49,654 nt of DNA, taken from assembly GCA_964532515.1 (NCBI GenBank), contig CAZHKH010000001.1, forward strand, positions 1-49,654. The letters are read 5' to 3'. Below are positions 8,369 to 17,440 of the stretch, one piece after another. Below the pieces are notes generated by a model. That model saw only the letters and a list, made by a program, of their open reading frames with translations, was not told the origin of the DNA and made no database searches. Source of the stretch: an uncultured bacterium (lineage in GTDB: Bacteria > Fidelibacterota > Marinisomatia > SCGC-AAA003-L08 > D37C17). The first letter of the stretch is position 1, and every line of letters begins with the position of its first letter. A program made the translations under genes and the position numbers.

Positions 8369-9708
8369 TAGTATATCCTAACCTTTGTATCTACCATCGT
8401 TTTATCAATAAGCGTTGGCCAGTATGAAATAACCTCCTGCACCTTCGGTCTTCCTCCAGAAAATCCTGTTATTCCAGGAGGGCCATTTGTTATCAGAGGA
8501 GCTAACTCCTTTGAAAATTTTTCAATTTTATCTCGAGATCGATCTTTTACAGAAATAGATACAGTTAACTCATTAGGATTATCGTTAACTTTAAGTGTAG
8601 AGGCTGAACAAGAATTGTGTCCTATAAAATCAATTTTATACTCATCAAATTCAATATCTTTTCTTTTTAATCGATCTAAAATTATTTCTGATATTTTTTC
8701 TGCCTTTTTAATTGCATACGGTGCGGTAACCGTTAGTTTCCCATTGGCTTTATATCCTGAAATATAATTCACGGCTACTTTAAATGTATCGGTGGGCTTC
8801 GCTCCTTCTACGTTACGAACAGAGACAACACCCTTTTTATTATCATCTAACTTTATTGATGTAAAATCTACTGTTACATCTGGAGAGAGATATCTTTTTG
8901 GGTCTCCCATTTCATATAGCAACTGCTCTGTAACAGTGAGCTTGTTGACTAGGCCACCTGTATTTTTATCTTTGTAGACATCAAAGAGTCCACTTTCATC
9001 AATTGAAACAATGGGATATCCTATATTAGTAAAATCATTATTTTCCCACCATCTACTATGATTTCCACCCGTACATTGGGCCCCACATTCAATAATATGG
9101 CCAGCAACGGTAGCCGCAGCCAGTTTTTGATACTCATCTCTATTCCATCCAAATTCATGTATACATGGACCTGCCACCAATCCTGGATCTGTAATTCTTC
9201 CACCCAGCACAATATGAGGATCACTCTTAAGAGCCTCTGCTACAATAAAACTATCTATATATATATTGGCTGAACATATTGAATCTTTTATCTCATCAAT
9301 AGATTTTCCATTATCTATATTTTTAAAATCTACCCCTGAGTCAATATAGCCATTTATTTTATCTACAATATTATCTCCCTCTACCACCGCAATCTTAATT
9401 CTGTCTGAAGTACGTTTTTTAATTTCCTCTGCGCATCTATAAGGATTCACTCCTCCTGCGTTCGTAATAATTTTAATATTCTTAGATATAATTGAATCGG
9501 CTGATTTATCAATAAAATCAACAAAATCATAGGCATAGCCTCTATCATTATTCTTACTAAACTGTTTCTGCATAATGGCCATAGTCACCTCTGCAAGATA
9601 ATCTAGAGTCAAATAATTAATGTCCGCATTCTCTATAAGCTCAATTGGCGCATCAATAGAATCTCCCCAAAAACCCTGGCCATTAGCAATTTTAATTGTT
9701 TTACTCAT
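8368..9708 (-). CDS. Acyclic terpene utilisation AtuA-family protein (DUF1446), N-terminal part
   Basis: 446 aa. IKIANGQGFWGDSIDAPIELIE..LTLDYLAEVTMAIM..IKIITNAGGVNP..KIAVVEGDNI is the DUF1446/AtuA pattern. Confidence 0.7.
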   Translation of the reverse strand: MSKTIKIANGQGFWGDSIDAPIELIENADINYLTLDYLAEVTMAIMQKQFSKNNDRGYAYDFVDFIDKSADSIISKNIKIITNAGGVNPYRCAEEIKKRTSDRIKIAVVEGDNIVDKINGYIDSGVDFKNIDNGKSIDEIKDSICSANIYIDSFIVAEALKSDPHIVLGGRITDPGLVAGPCIHEFGWNRDEYQKLAAATVAGHIIECGAQCTGGNHSRWWENNDFTNIGYPIVSIDESGLFDVYKDKNTGGLVNKLTVTEQLLYEMGDPKRYLSPDVTVDFTSIKLDDNKKGVVSVRNVEGAKPTDTFKVAVNYISGYKANGKLTVTAPYAIKKAEKISEIILDRLKRKDIEFDEYKIDFIGHNSCSASTLKVNDNPNELTVSISVKDRSRDKIEKFSKELAPLITNGPPGITGFSGGRPKVQEVISYWPTLIDKTMVDTKVRIY

Positions 9709-9710
9709 AT

Positions 9711-11363
9711 CTATACCTGAAGGGCTCCATATGTCGCGTTCTTTATTTCTCCCTCATTTCTAACAACATCAAGGGACTCTATTATAATTTTTCTAGTATC
9801 AAGAGGATTGATAATCTCATCGATCCATAATCTAGCTGCAGCATATCGAGGATCTGACTGTTTTTCGTATTGATTCTTTATTTCTAAATAAATTTCTTCT
9901 TTCATCTCGTCAGACACATTATTCATTTTTGATATTTTAATAGTGGAAAGCGTTTTAGCTGCCTGGTCCCCGCCCATAACAGCTATTTTTGCTGATGGCC
10001 ACGCATACAGAAAACGCGGATTGTATGCTCTTCCAGACATCGCATAATTCCCCGCCCCATAGCTTCCACCAAGAACAATAGAAATTTTAGGTACCGTGCT
10101 ATTAGATATTACATTTACCAGCTTTGCTCCATCTTTTGCAATTCCACCCCACTCAGCATCTTTCCCTACCATAAATCCATTAACATCATGAAGAAACAGC
10201 AGAGGAATTTTATCTTGATTGCAGTTCATTATAAATCGAGCGGCTTTATCTGCAGAATCTGAATAGATAACCCCTCCCATTTGAATCTCATTGAGTTTGG
10301 TTTTAACATTATTTTTTTGGTTGGCTACAATACCTATATTGTATCCTCCAATTTTTGCAGTTCCGCAGGTTATTGTCTTCCCATAATCTTTTTTATATTC
10401 AACAAACTCACTACCATCAACAATCCTTGATATTAATTCTAAAGTATCATAAGAACTTGGGCTATGCGGGTCAAACAAGCTAAGAAGATCATTAATGTCA
10501 TATTTTGGGTCTGTCACATCATCTTTTCTTATAGTGGTTGATTCTTTAAAATTAATGTGACTCAATATGCTTTTTATTCTATCTAAACCAGCAATATCAT
10601 CATCCTCATTGTAATCAGTAGTTCCACTAATCGAGCTATGTGTCTCTGCTCCTCCAAGTGTTTCTGAGTCTATATTCTGACCAATTGCGGCCTTAACTAG
10701 TGCGGGTCCGGCAAGAAACATATTTCCACCCTTTACAATAATATACTTATCGCACATAACAGGTAAATAAGCTCCACCTGCAACGCAAGGTCCCATCACA
10801 CAAGCAATTTGAGTTATTCCCATTGCAGACATCCTTGCATTATTATAAAATATCTTTCCAAAGTGTCCCTCATCTGGAAAAACTTGATCTTGCAATGGAA
10901 GAAATACTCCAGCCGAATCAACAAGATATATTATTGGAAGGTTGTTTTCTATTGCAATTTGCTGTGCCCTTAATGTTTTCTTTAGGGTAACCTCAAAGTA
11001 TGCTCCAGCTTTAACGGTTGCATCGTTTGCAACAATAACACACTTTCGTTTATTTATATCAGCGGTGCCAACAATTACTCCTGCTGCATTAATTTTTCCA
11101 TACTCATCGTACATTTCATACGCAGCAAATTTCCCAATTTCATTGAAGAAGGAATTTTTATCAATTAAATAACTAATTCTTTCTCTCGCTGTCATCTTCC
11201 CTTTGGAATGCTGTTTATCTATAGCAATTTCACCACCACTTTTATTTATTTCATTAATACCTTCTTTTATAGTATTAATTAACTTCACAAATTTTTCATG
11301 ATTAGATGAACTATTCGTGTTCTCCCAAGATTCTTTTGAAGTTCCTATGATATCTTTATTCAT
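9711..11363 (-). CDS. Acyl-CoA carboxylase carboxyltransferase beta subunit (MccB/AtuC/PccB family)
   Basis: 550 aa. Both carboxyltransferase half-domains are present (VVANDATVKAGAY, MGPCVAGGAYLP, GGVIYSDSADKAARFI, VLGGSYGAGNYAMSGRAY). Confidence 0.85.
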   Translation of the reverse strand: MNKDIIGTSKESWENTNSSSNHEKFVKLINTIKEGINEINKSGGEIAIDKQHSKGKMTARERISYLIDKNSFFNEIGKFAAYEMYDEYGKINAAGVIVGTADINKRKCVIVANDATVKAGAYFEVTLKKTLRAQQIAIENNLPIIYLVDSAGVFLPLQDQVFPDEGHFGKIFYNNARMSAMGITQIACVMGPCVAGGAYLPVMCDKYIIVKGGNMFLAGPALVKAAIGQNIDSETLGGAETHSSISGTTDYNEDDDIAGLDRIKSILSHINFKESTTIRKDDVTDPKYDINDLLSLFDPHSPSSYDTLELISRIVDGSEFVEYKKDYGKTITCGTAKIGGYNIGIVANQKNNVKTKLNEIQMGGVIYSDSADKAARFIMNCNQDKIPLLFLHDVNGFMVGKDAEWGGIAKDGAKLVNVISNSTVPKISIVLGGSYGAGNYAMSGRAYNPRFLYAWPSAKIAVMGGDQAAKTLSTIKISKMNNVSDEMKEEIYLEIKNQYEKQSDPRYAAARLWIDEIINPLDTRKIIIESLDVVRNEGEIKNATYGALQV

Positions 11364-12321
11364 CTATAGTCCAAGATCCTATCTTGTCATATTTAAATTT
11401 TCTTTGCTCAATGAGGGTATCCACTGAAAGTTTTTTAAGATTTATTATGTTGTTAACGATGCTATCTTTTACATTTTTTGCAGATTTGCTATAATCTCTA
11501 TGTGCTCCTCCTAAAGGTTCCTTGATTATTTCATCTGCTATGCCCATCTCATACAGATCAATAGAAGTAACCTTCATAGATTCCGCAGCTTGCTCTGACA
11601 TCCCTGAATCTCTATACAGTATTGATGCGCATCCTTCTGGAGATATAACAGAGTACCATGTATTCTCCATACAAAGAATCTTATCAGCTAGGCCTAAGGC
11701 TAGTGCCCCACCAGAGGCTCCTTCTCCTATAACCACTGATACTATAGGAACTCTTAAAGCTGCCATTTCAAATAGATTTCTAGCAATCGCCTCAGCCTGA
11801 CCTCGTTCCTCTGCTCCTATACCTGGATACGCCCCAGGCGTATCAATTAAGGTGATAATCGGAAAATTAAATTTTTCTGCTAACTTCATAACTCTAAGTG
11901 CTTTTCTGTATCCCTCAGGCCTAGGCATACCAAAATTCCTTTGCATTTTATTTTTGGTTCCACGGCCTTTTTCTTGTGCAATGATTGCGACTTTCATATG
12001 CGCAATTCTGGCAATCCCAGATACGATAGATTCATCGTCACTGAATTTTCTATCTCCATGTAGCTCAAACCAATAATTCGTAATATCTTTTATGTAATCT
12101 ATTGAGTGAGGCCTCTCTGGATGCCTTGAAAGTTGAACTTTTTGCCAGCGAGTAAGGTTTGAATAAATTTGGATAGATTCTTGATGAAGTTCTTCTTTTA
12201 AATCATTAATTTTTAATGAGACATCAACTCCTGTTTTATGTGAAGTTGACTCCAATGCCTCAATCTGCATCTGTATCTCACTAAGAGGTTTTTCAAAGTC
12301 GTAAATATATTTAACACTCAT
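11356..12321 (-). CDS. accA: Acetyl-CoA carboxylase carboxyltransferase subunit alpha
   Basis: 321 aa. RHPERPHSIDYI, FELHGDR.F.DD, GMPRPEGYRKALRVMKLAEKFNFPIITLIDTPGAYPGIGAEERGQAEAIARNL form the AccA signature region. Confidence 0.9.
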   Translation of the reverse strand: MSVKYIYDFEKPLSEIQMQIEALESTSHKTGVDVSLKINDLKEELHQESIQIYSNLTRWQKVQLSRHPERPHSIDYIKDITNYWFELHGDRKFSDDESIVSGIARIAHMKVAIIAQEKGRGTKNKMQRNFGMPRPEGYRKALRVMKLAEKFNFPIITLIDTPGAYPGIGAEERGQAEAIARNLFEMAALRVPIVSVVIGEGASGGALALGLADKILCMENTWYSVISPEGCASILYRDSGMSEQAAESMKVTSIDLYEMGIADEIIKEPLGGAHRDYSKSAKNVKDSIVNNIINLKKLSVDTLIEQRKFKYDKIGSWTIDE

Positions 12322-14366
12322 TTTAAAGATATTGTCCTAATTATTATTTCAAGGTCTAATAATATCGAATAGTTTTCCATATAATAAAAATCATATTTCT
12401 TTTGTTCGCTCAAAGAAGCTGACGAGTTTAATTTATACATACCCGTTAGCCCAGGTACTAAAATTATATCCCTCCCTATATTCTTATCATCAATAATCTT
12501 GCTACCCACAAAGCTCAAGTCTCCCTTTAGAATCAGCCATAAATAAGGTAGTTTTTGAATTAATTTACTTTTTGAATAATAATTTATAGCCTTAATCTTT
12601 TCCCCACCCCTAATGCGAATAAAAATTTGTTTAAATCCAAATAGTAAATAAAAAAGATGAAAGGGAAATGAAAAACAGATTAATAATGATGAAAAGAATA
12701 CATCGAATATTCTTTTTATTATTTTGTGTTTACTATCTAAATATGGGAGCTCTAGTTTAATCAATGATATATCATCAATAAACTCAATCATCCCCTTGCT
12801 TAGCAATAAATTACCATCATCAGGTAGAATCTTAACAATTACTGATCTACCTGAAATCTTTGATATCAAATTAAATATATTCACCTTATTAATATCAGAT
12901 TCATTAATTATAATCTCATCAATATTCTGCTCATAGATAGCCTGATTAATTAAATCTACTCTCCCTAAATATTTAATATCTAAATCTTTTTTTTCAATAT
13001 CAAAGTATCCTACTATATTCTTGTAAATATTATCTGCAGTTTCTATTTTTTCAATTAAAGAAATGATTTTAGCGCTGGAGCCAATCACCGCTACACGCTG
13101 AAAGAAAGCATTTGTTAATTTATTCGAACCAATAATTTTATAGTTTGTAAAAAATGAGAATAGATATCTCCAAAGGAATGTAAATACAAAAGTCTGAATA
13201 AAAATAAATAACAATATTGCCCTAGAGTATGCAATAGCATTAAAAAAGTATGTAATTGTAGACGCCAACAATAATACAAGAATATTAACTAGCGCCACAT
13301 CTTTATTGACAGAAAATCCTTTTTGATAAAGTTTAAATATAGAGGAAATAAATATCCATATTAAAAAATAATTAATCAGTAAGGGAGTATGTTTTACATA
13401 GGTATTTATATCTATTGCTGTATTGTAATAATTGCTATACCAGAATGAAATTGAAAATGTGAATCCAATGCTGATTGCAGCGATATCAAAAATAGATTGA
13501 TATAATAATCTCAGATTAGATTTAAAGTAGAATATGAATCTTTTTAATAAAAATCCAAATTTAAGGATTGGTCTTAGAAAAAATGACCCCAGTATTGGTG
13601 ATCCTTGTTTTTTATAAAATGTTATTAGAGAATTAAAAAATATATCATTCACATTAAAGGGGGCACTTTTCATACTTTCCCCTCTATAGTGGACAGTCTC
13701 AGCTGCAGCATTATACAAGATTTTCTTCCCTGCCTCTTTGCTCCTTATACAAAAATCAGTTTCCTCAAAAAACAAAAAATAGTCTTCATCAAAACCATCT
13801 AAACTCAAAAAATGGTCCTTGCCGAACATCATGCAGGCTCCACTCACAGAATCGACTTCATGAGAAATATCGTTTTCTATGTAGGTATAATTATAACGAC
13901 CAAATATTTTGCTTTTAGGGAAGAGATAGCTTAAGCCTGTAATTTGACACAAAGAAACAAAGAAACTTGGATATGATCGGCGACTAGATAACTGAAATTT
14001 TCCATCGCAATCTATAATTCTTGCACCAACAACGGCTATATTAGAATCTTTAATTAAAGAGTTATATAGACTCTGTATTGATTCTTTCTCTACAATTGTA
14101 TCTGGGTTCAAAAGCAATATGCGCTTTCCTTTGGATTCAGCAACTCCAATATTTACAGCTTTTGAAAATCCATAGTTTTCGGGGTTTTGTATTAATTTTA
14201 TATCTGAAAATGATTTTTTTAATAGTTCAACACTGTTATCGCTAGAATTATTATCAACCACAAGAATTTCATAATCTATATCTATCGAAGATTTATAAAT
14301 AGCGTTTATCGTTTGATTTATAAAATGAGCTGTGTTGTAATTAATAATGATGATACTTAACTTCAT
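12318..14366 (-). CDS. Fusion protein: N-terminal family-2 glycosyltransferase + WbaP-like polyprenyl-phosphate glycosyl-1-phosphate transferase scaffold
   Basis: 682 aa. The GT2 part has IIIINYNT, VVDNNSSD, LLNPDT and FFEETDFCIR. Hydrophobic helices and a VAVIGSSAKII Rossmann-like module follow. Then come KRIFDVFFSSLLICFSFPF and LKGDLSFVG..VPGLTGMYKL..DFYYMENYSILLDLEIIIRT (Bac_transf-like). Confidence 0.75.
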   Translation of the reverse strand: MKLSIIIINYNTAHFINQTINAIYKSSIDIDYEILVVDNNSSDNSVELLKKSFSDIKLIQNPENYGFSKAVNIGVAESKGKRILLLNPDTIVEKESIQSLYNSLIKDSNIAVVGARIIDCDGKFQLSSRRSYPSFFVSLCQITGLSYLFPKSKIFGRYNYTYIENDISHEVDSVSGACMMFGKDHFLSLDGFDEDYFLFFEETDFCIRSKEAGKKILYNAAAETVHYRGESMKSAPFNVNDIFFNSLITFYKKQGSPILGSFFLRPILKFGFLLKRFIFYFKSNLRLLYQSIFDIAAISIGFTFSISFWYSNYYNTAIDINTYVKHTPLLINYFLIWIFISSIFKLYQKGFSVNKDVALVNILVLLLASTITYFFNAIAYSRAILLFIFIQTFVFTFLWRYLFSFFTNYKIIGSNKLTNAFFQRVAVIGSSAKIISLIEKIETADNIYKNIVGYFDIEKKDLDIKYLGRVDLINQAIYEQNIDEIIINESDINKVNIFNLISKISGRSVIVKILPDDGNLLLSKGMIEFIDDISLIKLELPYLDSKHKIIKRIFDVFFSSLLICFSFPFHLFYLLFGFKQIFIRIRGGEKIKAINYYSKSKLIQKLPYLWLILKGDLSFVGSKIIDDKNIGRDIILVPGLTGMYKLNSSASLSEQKKYDFYYMENYSILLDLEIIIRTISLK

Positions 14367-15079
14367 AGAATCCTAAATATTTTTTTAAGCTTTAATAACG
14401 GCACCATATATATTGCTTCAAAAATAACCTTCTTGCTCATTTTAGATGTTCCACACGCTCTATCATTAAATATAATAGGTATTTCTTTTATAGTCATGCC
14501 ATTACAATGGGCTTTTAAATTTATTTCAACCTGGAATGAATATCCTTCTGATTTAACTTTTTTAAAGTCAATTGAGTCTAATACTTTCCTATTGAAACAT
14601 TTAAATCCACCCGTGAAATCTTTAATTTTTACTCCTAAAATAAATCTACAATATAAATTTGCTAGATAGCTAAGCATCAACCTGCTCATAGGCCAATTAA
14701 CTACATTCACTCCATCTATATATCTACTTCCAATAACTAAATCATAATGATTGCTAGTATCTATCATTTTAGATAGATATTTTGGATTATGAGAGAAGTC
14801 TGCATCAATTTGAAGTATTTTATCATATTCCCTAGATAATGCCCATTTAAATGCTTCACAATACGCTGACCCCAATCCCATTTTCCCAGGACGTGATATT
14901 AAAAATAATCTACTATTATAAGAATCATGTGATGATACATACTCTCCGGTTCCATCTGGAGATGAGTCATCCACCACAAGAAGATGCGCGTGCGGATAAT
15001 CCAACAAAATGGTATTAACCAAAAGATCAATATTTGCCATTTCATTGTATGTCGGTGTTACTATTAATATTTTATTCAT
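14363..15079 (-). CDS. Polyprenol-phosphate mannosyl/glucosyl-transferase (GT2, Dpm1/Ppm1-like)
   Basis: 238 aa. IVTPTYNE, LLVVDDSSPDGTG, GKMGLGSAY and QIDADFSHNP form the typical Dpm1-like pattern. Confidence 0.8.
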   Translation of the reverse strand: MNKILIVTPTYNEMANIDLLVNTILLDYPHAHLLVVDDSSPDGTGEYVSSHDSYNSRLFLISRPGKMGLGSAYCEAFKWALSREYDKILQIDADFSHNPKYLSKMIDTSNHYDLVIGSRYIDGVNVVNWPMSRLMLSYLANLYCRFILGVKIKDFTGGFKCFNRKVLDSIDFKKVKSEGYSFQVEINLKAHCNGMTIKEIPIIFNDRACGTSKMSKKVIFEAIYMVPLLKLKKIFRIL

Positions 15080-15130
15080 TTAATATAAAATGTTATTATA
15101 TCGAAAATTAATTATTTGACTATTATTATT

Positions 15131-15991
15131 CTAAACATCATTTTTATTTATTGTATTTAAAACATATTCTATTGAAGGGTGTTCAATAGAAATTTGCTCT
15201 CTTATTTTATCTGTATTTAAGGTGCTGCAGCTTGGCCTCTTAGCTGATTGCTGTAGCTCTTTTGTTTCTATTGGGATGACATTATCAGAATCTAAATTGT
15301 TAATATTGGCAATTTTCAAAGCGAATTCATAGCGAGAAATAATTTCATCTCCAGCAAAATGATAAAGTCCATGTAAATTATTTATCATAGATTTATAGAT
15401 AGCTTCAGATAAAGACCATGCCCATGTTGGATTGCTAATTTGATCTGTCACTACTGAAATCCTTTTATTTTCTAATAGAGATTTGTAGACCCAGGTGTAA
15501 AAATTATTACCATAGTTCCCAAAAATAACAGATGTTCTCAAAATCAAGTGCTCTCTATTAGATGATCTTAGAATATTCTCAGCTTCTAATTTTGTTTTTC
15601 CATAATATGACAGGGGACTTGGAGGATCTTTTTCATTAAAGGAATTTTTTTTTCCATCAAAAACATAATCAGTTGAAATATGTATTATTTTGGTATTTAA
15701 GTTGGTAGATGCAATAATATTTTTAATACCATTTACATTGACATCATACGCCCATTTCCTATTCAACTCGCATTTATCCACATTCGTTGCCGCTGCACAA
15801 TTGATAACATAGTCAGGGCAATGGTCAAGGATGATTTGTTGAATACATTCCCTATCCGTAACATCAATAATAGCAGTTTCCCCTAAAAAATCATTTACAA
15901 TATTATAGAAGTTAGCTAAATATTTAGATAAAGCACTGCCAAGCTGACCATTAATCCCAGTTATAAGAACTTTTTTAGAGTTTAGCGCCAT
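15131..15991 (-). CDS. rfbD: dTDP-4-dehydrorhamnose reductase
   Basis: KVLITGINGQLGS Rossmann motif, NCAAATNVDKCE, STDYVFDG and YGKTKLEAE (the YxxxK catalytic motif). Start chosen at ATG 15991 (MALNSKKVLITG), overlapping the purE end by 17 nt. The track start at 16033 adds an atypical extension. Confidence 0.75.
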   Translation of the reverse strand: MALNSKKVLITGINGQLGSALSKYLANFYNIVNDFLGETAIIDVTDRECIQQIILDHCPDYVINCAAATNVDKCELNRKWAYDVNVNGIKNIIASTNLNTKIIHISTDYVFDGKKNSFNEKDPPSPLSYYGKTKLEAENILRSSNREHLILRTSVIFGNYGNNFYTWVYKSLLENKRISVVTDQISNPTWAWSLSEAIYKSMINNLHGLYHFAGDEIISRYEFALKIANINNLDSDNVIPIETKELQQSAKRPSCSTLNTDKIREQISIEHPSIEYVLNTINKNDV

Positions 15992-16436
15992 TCTTTTTAA
16001 ATTCAATAAGTCTAGATTGCAAACCCTCATCATTTAGAGCAAAAATCTCAGCGCATAATATTGCAGCGTTGATTGCTCCTGATTTTCCTACTGACATCGT
16101 TGCAACAGGGACGCCTTTGGGCATCTGAACTGTAGCTAAGAGCGAGTCTAAACCTGTAAGCACTCCACCATCAAGTGGAACTCCAATAACTGGTAAAATT
16201 GAATTTGCTTTTATTGCACCAGCTAGATGAGCGGCCATCCCAGCAGATCCAACTAAAATTTTGTAACCATTTGAAGGGGCAGCTTCACAAAACTGATGAA
16301 CCTCTAATGGATTTCTATGTGCAGATAAAACTTTTATTTCAAAATCAATATCAAAATATTCATAATATTTATTTGCCGCCTCCAGTGTAGGTCTATCTGT
16401 TTCACTTCCAATTAAAATTGCAACTTTATTTTTCAT
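15975..16436 (-). CDS. purE: 5-(carboxyamino)imidazole ribonucleotide mutase
   Basis: 153 aa. VAILIGSETD, SAHRNP, GSAGMAAHLAGAIKA and PVIGVPL are PurE signatures. Confidence 0.9.
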   Translation of the reverse strand: MKNKVAILIGSETDRPTLEAANKYYEYFDIDFEIKVLSAHRNPLEVHQFCEAAPSNGYKILVGSAGMAAHLAGAIKANSILPVIGVPLDGGVLTGLDSLLATVQMPKGVPVATMSVGKSGAINAAILCAEIFALNDEGLQSRLIEFKKNGAKL

Positions 16437-16438
16437 AA

Positions 16439-17440
16439 CTATTCCTTTGTAGTTTTATTTAACTTTGCTGTTTCTAGTATATACTCTAATTCTTTGATGT
16501 GAAATACCTTGTTTTTACCTGGGAAATTTACAAAACCACTAGCAATTAATACCCTATTACTTTCTGGCTTGTCAAAAATATATGATACAAATGGTCCACC
16601 AGTAACATTCTCAGACTCCATTTTTGTTCCATAGAGTCCATAGATTTTTCTTATTTCGTCATCAGGGGTTTTTATAATATCAAATTTAGCTTCATATGGC
16701 AATGCATTTACATCTAATATCTCACTAAAGTGCTGATCCAATCTTCTGTAGACAGATCTATTGGAGGTGTAGTGTCTCTGAGTATCTTCATAAATAAAAA
16801 TCCATCGATATGGATACCCTCTACCTACCCAAAGATAATTATCTTCAAAATTTTCTTTAATGATTTGATAATCCTTCTGTATTTCCATGTCAAGATCAAA
16901 CATCTCTTTGCATCGACTTACAATTGAGTCATTAAGACCACTTCTAAAGCTATATTTTTTCAGATTTTTAAAATCATTTTCTTTTAATTTTGATAATATC
17001 CAATCTTTATTTAAGGCAAGATCCATTGAAAAATCATCTGAATCTTCATATTTAAGAATAAACAAAAGCTGATCCTCTGCATAATAGTCATTGACCAAGG
17101 TAATATTATTGGAAGAATTTTGAGTTAAATGATTTGCTAAAATCCCAGATAAAGTATCCACTCCATCATCAAGGGAGATAACCATTAAGAGAGAATGCTC
17201 AGTCTCCTGAGTGAATTCAGATATATTCTTCCAAGAAGATGCGTATCGTTTTTGAGGAGTTGGTGTGTGATATTCAAAATCAAGCAACCCATTGTTGAGA
17301 ATTTTTATTACATCGTTCCGATCCTCTATAGAAGTATAAATAAATACATCTTTAAAATTAGTCGATGAGTCATTTCTTGAACAGGAAAGAACAAAAAATA
17401 TTATACATAGAATTATATTAATTTTTCTTTTCACAAACAT
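16439..17440 (-). CDS. Hypothetical lipoprotein (possibly DUF4837-like; the family is a guess)
   Basis: 333 aa. Signal peptide with lipobox: MFVKRKINIILCIIFFVLS|CSRND. No catalytic motifs recognised. Confidence 0.55.
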   Translation of the reverse strand: MFVKRKINIILCIIFFVLSCSRNDSSTNFKDVFIYTSIEDRNDVIKILNNGLLDFEYHTPTPQKRYASSWKNISEFTQETEHSLLMVISLDDGVDTLSGILANHLTQNSSNNITLVNDYYAEDQLLFILKYEDSDDFSMDLALNKDWILSKLKENDFKNLKKYSFRSGLNDSIVSRCKEMFDLDMEIQKDYQIIKENFEDNYLWVGRGYPYRWIFIYEDTQRHYTSNRSVYRRLDQHFSEILDVNALPYEAKFDIIKTPDDEIRKIYGLYGTKMESENVTGGPFVSYIFDKPESNRVLIASGFVNFPGKNKVFHIKELEYILETAKLNKTTKE

